The notes under the pieces were generated by a model that searched no databases, was not told where the DNA came from, and worked only from the letters and a program-made list of their open reading frames with translations. This document shows, one piece after another, positions 48,446 to 60,926 of a stretch of DNA of 64,000 bases. Numbering within the stretch: the first letter of the stretch is position 1; each line of letters starts with the position of its first letter. This stretch comes from Paraphysomonas bandaiensis (lineage: Eukaryota; Protista; Chrysophyceae): NCBI GenBank assembly GCA_965644295.1, contig CBFFRP010000280.1, positions 1 to 64,000 on the forward strand. The letters run 5' to 3'. Both the position numbers and the translations under genes were made by a program.

Positions 48446-48940
48446 TGGTTGCGTATGTCGATTTCAGATTTCATCAATATGTCGTTTATTTCATTAAAAA
48501 GTCATCATTTTTTCAGTGAAAAGTGAAAAAAAGTGACTTTTCAATGAAAAAACGATGATTTTTCAATGAAATAAACAATGAACAATTCATACACCTCACG
48601 TATCATAACAGACAAAAAAAAGCTAGCAAAGAAAAAAACTCGGTAAATTCCTACCTTGATAGATACTACAGTGAATACATAGAAATACCGTATATACAGT
48701 GCGATTCCTGAAATCTGTTTTTTTTCAGTCCTCGATATACAGAGTATACACATACACATACATCGTACAGCAGTGCCACTTGTGGTGGCAACAGCAGATT
48801 GGTGGTCTCGATCGATTGCTTGTCAGCATTGTACATACATTTCAAGTAGTTAGCAGTGTATAACATCATAATATATTGTTTCAACATCATCACTTTGGTA
48901 TATTAGATCCCGAGCTCATCCATACAATCCGGATAATTTA

Positions 48941-50492
48941 ATGAGCGATCCAATTGATGATGAATGGGAAAAAACAGAGGCTGCTCTCAAGAACATAAAA
49001 TTAGGGGATAATGTAAGGGACAGCGTACGTGTATGTATATATGCTGTTAACAGTGTATTCAGAGGGATGGTGTTCAGTCATACACTCAAACATCTGTTTC
49101 ACAATTAGATGATGTCTCTGGTATTGATTCAGGTGATTGTTATTGTTTTGTTTAGATTGTTTTGTTGATGCGTGTGCAGCCCTCATGGACGCTCTTGAGA
49201 ACCCTAGAGAGAGAATGAACGTCCTGAAATATGAGGATCGAATCATGAGATTTGTTCAATCAACGTAATGACATGTTTATATTCCTTTAACCGCTAAATT
49301 CTTTTGTAGAGATTCGTTTTTAGATGTCCCGCCGATCGCCAACTCTTATCAACGGCTTTTAATCTATCGCGTTGCTCAACGATTTGGGCTAGAGCACAAC
49401 CCGTCGGACAACTATAACGAGGTATGCTCCTTAGTTTGTATTATTGTTGAAATCCTTACATTCTGTCAAGAATGGTGACAGAGGGATTATTTTCTACAAG
49501 ACGACTTACACTGCTGTGCCCTCCATCCTGCTAATAAATTTAAATAAATGCGAGAAACAAGCTGTCGGGCCTTCTATTGGTCAGACCGCGACAGGAGAAC
49601 CTGGTGGGAAAGTAAAAGTTATGCGGCGAAAGGCGAATTCTAATGCGAACTCAAAAGCCGCTACGTCAAGTGATAAGCCCAAGGTAATATATAATTGCTA
49701 ATGTGCGAAATTTACGAAGGAAATTTATACTCAGGACTCTGTGAGTGAGCGTGAGAAGGCTTATGCTGCCGCTCGTGCAAGAATCTTTGGAGAAGACGAA
49801 GCATCCGATGGTAGCTCTCCAGTGCCTTCTGCAACACCGTCTCCTCCTCTTCAGTCTCAAGAGGTTGCTGCACCAGCAGCTAAACCTGCTACCCAGCCAG
49901 GACAGCAGAGCACTTCGAGGGCTAAGAAGAAAGTTGTCGACGCCGGTAAGTGGAAGGAAAAGAAGGTCCTGATTCGCGATAAGGACGCGGAGAGATTTGA
50001 CCCGGATTTTGCACGGCATGGTCGGGGCGGTAAGTCGCTTTCCCAGACTTTGAATGACTTAAATATTTGAAATTAGGTGGGATGTATGTTGTTCCAAGTG
50101 CGGGTGGCCCACCTCCCGGCCCGTATAATGCACCATTGTACCCCCCCCATCCTGGTCCTACGCACCCAGGGGGGTGGTCGGGAAACGTTCCTTGCCATCC
50201 ATCTTGGAACGGACCAGCACCTGATATGCATTACGGTGCACCCTCCAGGACTTCTGGGTTCCCCAGCGACCCGTACTCGAAGCCACCATTTGGGTCTTTT
50301 GAATACACACATCACAACCCCTATGTCCCTGTTTCAGGATACAGAGACCGTAGTCCAGAGCACGTGCATACGTTTTCTGGAACTGGGCATGCAACAGCCC
50401 CACCACCACGAAGTAACACAACCTCTCCGCCTTCATCCCAACACCCAACCGCGCCCACATATAGCGCGGACGACTTCCCCCCGCTGGCGTAG
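48941..50492 (+). CDS. R3H plus SUZ domain RNA-binding protein (R3HDM/ARPP21-like), multi-exon
   Basis: ALENPRERMNVLKYEDRI, NSYQRLLIYRVAQRFGLEH (R3H-like; His replaced by Tyr), KVMRRK...SVSEREKAYAAARARIFG (SUZ), and C-terminal DDFPPLA. Confidence 0.85.
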
Positions 50493-51550
50493 GGCGGGGG
50501 GGGGGAGGAGGAGGAGGCGTGCAGATGAACAATAGAGACACACTGTGGACACAGGGATCACCTTAAATGACTTTATCAACTCCCGACTTACATGGGTACC
50601 ATATGATGACACTTTACGTAGTCTGCTTGATATGGTGATACAGTCAAGGGCTCCCCGTGCTGTCCCAATTCATGGATGGTATGCTGTGGTAGGACTGCAA
50701 AGTATTGGTTGCGCGGTTTGTATCCCAGTCCATTTTGTTACTCGGCTCGCGTGTAAAAGATCCTTTCTTCTACTATTAATCTGCTAGATGTACAGTTTAA
50801 ATTTAGCATGTATCCTCTATTGTTCTCTGCGTTTTAGTGCCCTCCGTCCGGTTTTCTGTATAATGCGAGTTATCTAATTGTGGTGTGACCTGTTCTCACC
50901 CATATATTTTGGTTTTCCACCGTAAAGAAATGACCATTTCGTTAATAAACATTTTGTACTGAACGATACCGTCGACCGAGCGCTACGGCTGACATTTAAA
51001 ATTGGGTATAGAGTAGGGAATAGGCATAGGACTACTCCAGTAATATATATGTCCCTATTAAATTTAACCGATGCTCCTACTATATTTTGCTGACGTCCCT
51101 ATTTAATTAAAAATGGCAGCTGAGTCTACTAAATTTTTCAAACACTCCGACTAAGTTAAGAATATTATCTGATTCTACTAAATTTAAATTCCACTCAACT
51201 ACCATTTTTAGTAGAAACTAATGGCACGTTTTAATTTAGTTGGAACACCGAATAAATATGACACCAATGAAATACAGCGCGTAAATTCCAAAGTATATAA
51301 GTCACATACCTAAATATACTGATGATTTACAGTTTACAGCACTGATGCTCTCTCTGAACGGAGTAATCACGACTTAACAATTCAGTGTTAAGTAATCTTA
51401 GGAGCTTTATATTTCACTGTATATATCCAGTGTCCAGGGCCTATATATTGATGGTTCATTAATGGGTTCCGTATTCCCCGTAATTATATATTATGGCCAT
51501 TAATAATTATAATGACACTACCATAAATGGCCCTTTCTTCAATGGTTACC

Positions 51551-51761
51551 ATTGATCATTACTACCCCCTTTGGCCAGCAGAGAGCAGAGTACTGACCTG
51601 ATATATATATATGGTGAAATACATACCTTTGCAACTGCCCTTCGCTTTATTGGTCAAAACTTTGAAATGCAGCTTAAAACCAATAAAGCTAAGAACGGTT
51701 GAAAAGGTATGTATGTCACCATATATATTTCTGCTGGCCAAAGGGGGTAGCAATGATCAAT
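51551..51761. repeat. About 210-bp foldback (long imperfect inverted repeat)
   Basis: attgatcattactaccccctttggccagcaga pairs with tctgctggccaaagggggtagcaatgatcaat. Inner arms atatatggtgaaatacataccttt..gctttattggt pair with accaataaagc..aaaaggtatgtatgtcaccatatat. Confidence 0.85.
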
Positions 51762-52472
51762 AACGATATTCTAACATTCTAACAATATGTCATAATGTAT
51801 TTCAGTGCTACCTTGTGCCTTGACTTGTCAAGTTCGTTCTTTTTTCAGCTACTTCACTGCTTCACAGTACGGCGTGGTAGCGAATTTTGTCGTTTTATCT
51901 CCTTGCAACCATGCTCTACTAAATCTGTTAAAAAGTAGATAACCTTGACTATCCATTCTTTAGATATTCTACTGATAAATGTCATATTACATGACATCAC
52001 TGATACGCCACCGAATGCGACCCATGATGACAAGTGATTATTTGTTGGGTGAGAACAGGCCATCATAATAGTATACCAAAACATGTGGATGTGGTACCTA
52101 GACAATGCTTTCAACTATAATTCGGATGTCTACTCTAAAGTTACATTTTTCTACTTCATGTTTTCGTACTTGAGTTTGATCATTTGTTCATTAATGATGT
52201 AGAATGTAGACGCGGAAGCTAAGCAATCTGTGGGAATATACATGGTTGATGTCAACAACATTTCTAATTTAATTAGTGTACAATACGATAGCGAAAATTT
52301 AAACCCCTCCAAAATTATTTCACGGGCATAAAAACTAACCATTTGGCCAGGTAATAGAGCTCTACACAGGAGAACTATATACTATATTCAATGTGTGTGG
52401 TCCTACACATGTACACCACTTCTGAGAGTACAACGAATTTGCAAAGAAATATGTACAAGAAAATTATCTACT

Positions 52473-53507
52473 TCATTTTCGGCGTACATATACTGTTCCT
52501 TGCTTACTTCTACCACCACAATTCATTCGATAGGTGTGTCCGCTCTCTTGTCTCATAAACTCGCGAATATGACTCGAAGTCTCATCGCGCTCGCGACCAC
52601 TGAATTCTTTGCTTGTTTCACGTCCCCAAGCCTGCCGTATAGACAAACTGGCATTGCGTGTGTAACTCGTTCGAGATGACCCTTCGCTATTCTGTCTCCC
52701 GTATGAAGCTTGGGTGTTTTGGATTGGTATGACACCAAACTTTTGATCAGTGCCGTGTAGGCTGCTGACGCGTATGTTTCCTGTCCTCGGACGCCGAAAG
52801 GAATCCACATCTTGTCGCTCATCCTCCAAAGTTGAACTCAGAGATGCTGTAGTGGAAACGGTCGAAGTAGCCTGGCGGCCCTTTCCTGACGTAGCAATCG
52901 CATGCAGAGCTGTGTTTTTGTACACTAGCATTCCGCGATCTGCGACTTCTTTGATGTAGTATGTAACTCTGTTGCGTACATGCATATCTCTATTCTTCCG
53001 GGCATTTAATATATCGCCCCAAGTTAGTGTATTCTTTCCACGAGGACATATTTTTTTGGCAAACAATAAAGCCTCCTCTTCGCACTTCAATATTCCATAC
53101 TGCACTAAGCTCTTGGCAACAACTTTGTAGTGAACTCCAGCATCGGAAAGTTTGTCCTTCAGTGAAGTAAACATTCGTCGAAAAGCCATTAAATCCGACT
53201 CCGAAACTTCGAAATTTCGACCCACAAATATACCGTTATATCTACACCACGACTCCCATTCTTGTTTTTGCAATAGAGCCTCAGCTGTTTTTAACGCACT
53301 GATATCAGGTTTCCCGCTATTACTTGGCTTCAACTTTATATGAGGTGAAACGCTGGAAGTGTTTGAGGAAGGCAGTTTCTTTGCAAATATAGACGATAGT
53401 CGTCGAGATACTGGAAATATTCTCTTACTATCTCCACTGACTGACGACACTGATTTAACTTTAGTTTGACGAGTATTTGGTCTCATAGGAAAAGACAGCA
53501 TGTTCAT
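52473..53507 (-). CDS. Uncharacterised 344-aa protein, possibly with a degenerate EF-hand-like pair
   Basis: Long single ORF with coding-like composition. SDLMAFRRMFTSL...GKNTLTWGDIL is only weakly EF-hand-like. Confidence 0.55.
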   Translation of the reverse strand: MNMLSFPMRPNTRQTKVKSVSSVSGDSKRIFPVSRRLSSIFAKKLPSSNTSSVSPHIKLKPSNSGKPDISALKTAEALLQKQEWESWCRYNGIFVGRNFEVSESDLMAFRRMFTSLKDKLSDAGVHYKVVAKSLVQYGILKCEEEALLFAKKICPRGKNTLTWGDILNARKNRDMHVRNRVTYYIKEVADRGMLVYKNTALHAIATSGKGRQATSTVSTTASLSSTLEDERQDVDSFRRPRTGNIRVSSLHGTDQKFGVIPIQNTQASYGRQNSEGSSRTSYTRNASLSIRQAWGRETSKEFSGRERDETSSHIREFMRQESGHTYRMNCGGRSKQGTVYVRRK

Positions 53508-54229
53508 TATAATATGGGCTGAGTGGTATATATGCTACCAAATAAGATGATGTGTTAGTGGCATTAGATTATAATGTATGGAGACATGTATATGTATGTA
53601 TATGTATGTATGTGTATGTATGTGTATGTATGTATAGAACAGATAGGCACTAGTAATATTTATTTATCTATATCTGGAATACACGTCTATCTGCGGTTCA
53701 TTAATATTAACACCGTCAGGCTATTGATATGGTTCACTATGAGCGAGTTGGAGGGCGTTGTGGTATGATCCACAGCAAGTGGAGGAGAAACAGCGACCTG
53801 ATTGTGATACGACGATATCATATTGAACACATACGTATACAGCAGCAGCATACAGCTGATGCGACTGTAGTATGACGGATGCCGGATGACCCATACTGAC
53901 ATACAAACGTCAGTGTATTATCGTACATACGAAATACGAAGACAATGATAATGTATTTTCGTTACTCTTTTACCAATCAGAGTCATTGAATTATTTTTCA
54001 GTGAAGGGTATTGGTTGAGTAGATCAGAATTATACAGTTGTATGAAATAATACTGTGGGGGACAAAATTTATATGGCTTGGACAAAAAAACATCCCGCAC
54101 CCACCGACATCCACTCCAGCTGCCTGTATCTAGATATGGTATAGATACATACACCATCATGATGGACAAACCCAGCAGGAATTTCTAAACCCTAAAGCAC
54201 GCACATCTACAGGTGATTGAAGTGCGTAG

Positions 54230-54585
54230 TGAGTGTGTCCCTTGGACCACACAAGCATTTGGCTATGAGTGGGCAGAATATTAACTGCTGACTATATATG
54301 CGGCTCACGTTAGTTTCCCAGAGAAGTATCTCCGATACTGATCTCCCAGAACACCACGAATAGATGCGAGTTCAACTTTATTGAGGGAGCATTCCGCTTC
54401 CTCGCTGCGTTTATTTTGAGTGATAGAGCGGAAGTGGTCTCGCCTTGGTGCTTGCGGATACACTCAAGCAGCTTTCGTGGCGTAAAATAGTAGGATATCC
54501 GAGTTAAATACTAGTTAGTCGAATTACAATGTTACATCAGTCCTGACTCTTACACGCCTATGGCTAATAAGACATTCACTACTAC
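54230..54585 (+). mobile_element. Copy of the SINE-like repeat with its 5' segment inverted
   Basis: 54230-54388 matches the reverse complement of 19388-19545. 54390-54585 matches 19740-19975 in forward orientation. Confidence 0.72.
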
Positions 54586-56286
54586 ATGACTGTACAAGAT
54601 AAGTTGCAATACGATTGGTTCTAGTGCTGATAGATGACGTACTCGAATTTGTCGTCAGGTAATTATACGTCATTGAGTAGTCATATATAGCATGATATAT
54701 CACACACTCAAATATGGACATTACTTGCAGTACTGACACATCTGGGCCGTATTGACATGATTCTACATTGTTATACATTATGCATATTGTCCAACTGTAA
54801 TCTACGATATTGTCTACTTCTAATGTCTATAATTCCTTGTTCACAGTTCTGGGGATCCGACCCAAGTAATGTAATATCAATGAGAGAAGATCAAGCACAG
54901 GTGGTACACATTACCTTCAAAATGGGATGAGAAACCAGAATTACATCTTTTTCTTCTATTTTTTACTTCCCAGAGAGCATATCACTGTCGAAGAGAACGA
55001 CAAAATTTAGTTAAAATTCTTTGGTAACGAAGCAGTACACCTTACGTGCAAAGCATCTTACAATTTTTGGTTATTTATTAGTGTTATAAGCGTTATGATA
55101 TGCTGCAATCAAGATGAGTGTACATCAGTGTGTCTCTGGACAGATATATTTCCAAGGGTAATGTTATTTATCATATTTACTTCTTCCTATCTATCTTTAC
55201 TAATCATGGTGCGCAGTGGTTCTTATAGCAAATTGACTATCAGTTTAAGGTGATATAACGTGTGATGCAATGAGAAAAAACAACCAACTAAGACTATAAT
55301 ATTAATACGTAAGATGTCTTCTTGGGTTGTTGATGTTGCTCTTCCCTTAAGCAAGTAGGCGTAATAACACATAATGTATTTATTCGGATTTATATACGCA
55401 CTTTATGCTCATTAATCGTGTACTTATGACCTTCTGATGCACAGTGGGAAGTTCCACTGATCAATTAGAGCCCTCTTGATGGCGATGGACGGAATTATGG
55501 ATTATGGACCCTCCTATGATAACGATGACAATGCTCTCAGCAGGCACTGTCAAGTGCTTCAACACCGTGTATATACTAGAGATAGATTCAAGAACTTGAC
55601 TCTAAGAATTAGAGTAGACTGATTAGAAATTTTCTTTTTAATATTAATTATGAATGACAGCATGTTTTGCATGTATGTAGTCAAGAGTAATCAGTTTAAT
55701 AAAGGTGTATAGTGTATAGTTTCAAGTGATATAGCTTATGGAAGAATATGTGAGAAGATGAAACTCTTCAACACTAAAAATAGTTGTTTTGATGTCATTT
55801 GATTTGGAAAAGCGGCATTAATCGTGCACTTAGTCAGCATAAATTCTGCGCTTACGATTTCTACTGCGAATATCTAATATTTTTTTCATAGATACTGCAA
55901 ACGGCGAGAACCTGGTCTTTAATTAGATCTTACACGCCTATTGCTAATATTAAGACATTCACTCCTTACTCCCTAGGTCTTGTTTATATATATATATCCT
56001 AGGCTGTAGGAAAGCTGATTCTAAATTTCTAAAATACAGCAGACCAGGAAATATATTGTTCTATTCGTTAAGAAGTAACAATAGAGGTACATATTACGGA
56101 TGCTCTGCGCATATGACCTAACTTCCGTATCAGATTAAGCAAGAACATCCAAGCGGATGACAAACACATATACCATTCAACAGAATAGTCTATCCAGATA
56201 CGTGTATGAACGAGCAAAATAATTCAATACAAGCCGCACAATTTGTACAAGTGCTACACGTTTTGTGCACAAAACACCACTATACA

Positions 56287-59200
56287 CTATATTTTCTCAT
56301 CAAAATTCGAATCGCGCAACATTGACTCACTCTCACTGCTAGGAGTGGGAGGGCCATGCACGGTCCCAGATGACTCCGTTCGGGCAAAATTATGCCTTGG
56401 AATACCCACCTTTCTGTCATTATTCCGTTGGCCACCGGCAAATTGTGTCATCATTCGATATGTTGATTCTTTGAGGTCTCTGAATTCTTCTTTCATAGCT
56501 AACATGTCATCAAATCGTTTCGCCATATCACCTGAAAGGTTGGCCATGGCCTTCTCCAAGGACCGCTGCGCGAAAGTAATGTCATCCAAATTCGTCTCAG
56601 AGGTAACGGATTCAGATATACTGTCTCTAGGAAATCTACCGTTCTTCAAATTAGCATGCATATACTGCTGCATAACCTCCTGTGATATACATTAGTTCAT
56701 AGAATTAAAGGATACACGCCCAAATATTTACCATCGCAGTTGACTTCGAGCTTGTTAATACTCGTTGTGAAAGCACAAATACGCGGTCATTTTTGAAAAG
56801 CCTGGTGTCTCGGCTTGGATTAGTGAATACATACTCCATTCGGTTTGCACACGGGCCTACTGTAAGACCGGAGAAGACCCCACGTAGCAATCCAATACAC
56901 AACCCATCTTGTGTGGCAAAATGATGAAATAATTCTCCATACGTCTTTTTATTGAACCCCAATGGAATGGGGACTTGATATAAGGAACTTCCAACCAGAG
57001 CTTTCATACCTATCATATTACGCGAATTTTGCTGGAGAAGAACAGGTTTAGCGTCACTGTGAGATTCATCATTGGTTTCTATGTGATCTGTGCCACTAAT
57101 TAACTTGTTAAGCACCCGTATGATTTGTGGGTTGTAAAACACCTACAACAGTAATCAGTTTATGTAACAAAAAGTTCGCAGCTATATTACCTGACAAACA
57201 ACGGAGTCCAGCATACTGGATGTGAACAGAGTTCCGGCCGCAAAGTTTGGAGTAAACTTATAATCAACATCCATACTACCCCCGCTTATATCAAGATATC
57301 CAACATTTTGGTGTCGCACAATCTCAATGACGATATGAGCTTGGTCGTTGAGTCGTTTCACGCAATGATAAGTGAAAATCGCGTCAGCATCAATGAGAGC
57401 ATCAATACCACTGGAGTCTAAACTCGAATTGGCATCAGGATCCGCTAATACAACAACCTGTGAAGCTCTAAATACACCTGCCCGTTTAATATCCGACTCT
57501 TCTAGTGGTGAACCCCTCACGTAGAGGATACCTTCAAATACTGATATACGCCTCCAAACATCGACTGGAATCTCGAAAGGAAATAATAATACAATATGAC
57601 GTAACTTTCCGAGGTATTTAGCACGAAGCGGTCGAATGAAGTCATATAAATTACTCAATCCTTTGGCAATTACAATCATATGATCATTGATAAATGGATA
57701 TTCATCTTGTAATGAGGAATGTACCGTGCACGATCCTAGACTTGCAGGAACACTGCGCATAAAGAAATTAGCATGCATATATTCTTCTTCCAACATTTGG
57801 ATGCGTTCTTGCTTGGTTTGATACACTTCCTCCTCTTTCTTCTGATCCACATGGGATGCGAGTAGAGTATGCCACCCTCCACTTGCATGCAGGCCTCTTG
57901 CCGACCCACCACTAGAAGCATTTCCGGGTATTACAGATGCTCGCTTTGGCATAAATTGTGAGCCACTATCACTACGGATGGAAACTGACTGACGCTTGAT
58001 CATGTTAGTTCCAGCTAACTTAACCTTCTGAATAGAACCCATTAAATTAGTAACAGATTCTCCACTTTGAAACGATAAATCCGAAGATGTTTGATTTTTA
58101 GCTATCACAAATCCCTGAACACGGTACCTCGACTGATTCGGAATAATATAATCAGCAGGATTTAAGACCACTCTCACCCGTGCCTGAACAGACTGCGTGT
58201 CCGTCACCCGAAGAGCAAACAGTACGACACCGAGCTTCGAATATAACCTGCTCGCAACATCTATAAACTTAGCACCCTCGAAAACATCAGCCATGTCAGT
58301 AGTGTATATTTCCCAGTCACAACCTTTCTGGTACTCGTCCATCCAAAAAGGACCGCCATTGGACTTTTCACTGTCAACAGAAGAGTCATCGCTCACATTA
58401 TCCCCATCACTCACAACCTTGGCAGCACCTTGCCTCGCAGAGCTCTGATATATTGATTTTGAATTCGAGCGAAACCTGTCATTGATTTCATCGTCATCGT
58501 CATTGCCGTTATCAGCAAAGGATGTCAACAGATTAAAAATCAGTGTACTGGTTCCAGGAAACACACAGTTTTTAGCAAGTAAACCCATTTTCATTTCATT
58601 TAGGCAGACGACAATCTCATTCGGATTCTCGTCCTCATATGACCCAAGATGACGTCTATTTTCTGGTCTAATCAGTTGTAGACAATATAGTGGGCTCTGA
58701 ACCTCACTAGATTCAATGTACCTCTTGATACTAAATTGTTGCAAAATGGTCTTTGCATCATCTTCATCAGGCTTAACACTGAATTTGTTACCCATTATAA
58801 AGACAGCAACTGCCTCTTTAACCTTAGCGCGATCCAAGTCAAAGTTGTTTAAAGGACTTCCTTCCAAATAATGCACAAATATTCCAAATAAGGGGTCTCT
58901 TAAAACTTCATGCATATCACTCGATGGCGGATCTGTAGGTATAAAATAACGCTACGGAAGATATAGAACACACGGAGACGTATTATGATCCACACTCACG
59001 CAAACTCAAAGACATACAGTGCATAGTATAACCACCTAATTCTTTTACATAAATACATACCAGGTTGCAAAATGACAGCATTGAGATTCATGTTTTCGTG
59101 ATCTTCATGAAACAGCTCATTAAAGAATTCAATCAAAAAAGTGGTCCGCAAATCTCCGCATATCACCACGTGCTTTGTATTAGCCCTCGGTTTATATCGG

Positions 59201-60297
59201 CGACGGGCATAAACTGATAGCACGCCCATCTTTTCAATAAGTTGATTGGTCTGCTGTGGCACAAATATGATTGCAAAACATATAATGCACATGGCTGCGA
59301 AACGCCCCAACGCACTCAACGGTGAAATATCTCCATATCCAACAGTTGAAATAGACACAACAACATAATACATCCAAGTGTGGAACTGATATTGCTGTTC
59401 GTGGAGTTCCAAAAACCGGATAATTGCTGAATCTAGAAAGTGATAGTGTTACATACGTCGTATGAGTGCACTGTGTATGAAACACCTACCGAATAAGATC
59501 ATAGTAACCACAGAAAGCAACATCGAATACAGAAATCTTTTGACTTCATCGTCAATAAAATTGAGCTTGCGATGCACTCGTAGAGCTCGTAATATTCGTA
59601 ATGTAGCAGCTCCCCGCATTGCATAATTGACAGCATCTCCGAACGTCATGATCTCTGTATAATCAATCCTCTCGGGGAAGAATATGTACGTTACCCATAT
59701 AGGGACAACAGTGGCAAAGTCCACCATCGCAAAAAAACTAAATCAGCATTTCAGTAATCATCGGAACAAAAAGTGATAAAGATATACCTCCAGAAATGCT
59801 CCCACCGATGATCAGCAAGGAATAGCGACAAGCTCCAGTCAAACCAAAACATAGCCGCCAGGGAAAGCTCAGTAACCCTAAGAATCTGTATTATTACCTA
59901 AACATACAAGTAAACATTCAAGAAGGCTGACATTAATCAAATGTACCCTATCCTTATCTTCCCTGAGGTAGGTTTCGTATATGTATTGTACACATGACAA
60001 CACGCTAAGAACAAGAAAAAAATTGGTGTATACTCTTCCAATCCAAGACGACGCCAGATACTTCTGAGTACTAACTCGAATTTGCTCCGATCTCGAAAGA
60101 GTCTGATCGTCCATACCCTTAGCACTTGTCTTATCAATCAAATAATCGATGTTCTTGTTAGCATGGTTCAGGTCATCCATTTCCTTATCCTTTAAGCGAG
60201 ATGGAATTGTATCCCTTCGACCTTGACCTAATCCATGATCCTCAGAAAGTGATGCACTTCCTCCATTGCTGGCTGAACTACGAATACGGGGTGGCAT
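56287..60297 (-). CDS. Slo/BK-family potassium channel alpha subunit (voltage sensor, pore, two RCK domains), multi-exon
   Basis: S4 LRILRALRVHRKL, pore YVVVSISTVGYGDISP, RCK motifs KHVVICG, YLEGSPLNNFDLDRA, YVRGSPLEESDIKRAG and FAAGTLFTSSMLDSVVCQ|VFYNP. The start (60297 or 60309) is uncertain. Confidence 0.92.
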
Positions 60298-60609
60298 AAA
60301 CCAAAACATGCTGACTATTAATTTATTGTTACAAGATATGAGCGCTGCTTTCAGTGACACCAACAGAGCCTAATGACACTGTCCATTAATCCGCATCTGT
60401 GGCTGAACAAGAAATACATCTATCATGTCATCTCATTGTTTGGATTGTATATGTCGAGGGTTCAATAGTAAGTTAAGTTAATAACACTCCAGTTGAGGAG
60501 TAACATTACGATGATGTCGTTTCATCGTACGCATCTGGATACACTCATCAATACTACGACACACGCAAGAATACCACCAGCTGATGCATGCCGCATGTCT
60601 GCCTGTATC

Positions 60610-60803
60610 TGTATGTATGTACGTATGTATGTATGTATGTATGTATGTATGTATGTATGTATGTATGTATGTATGTATGTATGTATGTATGTATGTATGT
60701 ATGTATGTATGTATGTATGTATGTATGTATGTATGTATGTATGTATGTATGTATGTATGTATGTATGTATGTATGTATGTATGTATGTATGTATGTATGT
60801 ATG

Positions 60804-60835
<32 letters not shown>

Positions 60836-60926
60836 TGTATGTATGTATGTATGTATGTATGTATGTATGTATGTATGTATGTATGTATGTATGTATGTAT
60901 GTATGTATGTATGTATGTATGTATGT
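60610..60926. repeat. (TATG)n microsatellite, about 79 units
   Basis: Seen directly. Confidence 0.98.

Noticed and set aside
54188-54196. Telomere-like AAACCCTAA
   Set aside because: A single copy is expected by chance.
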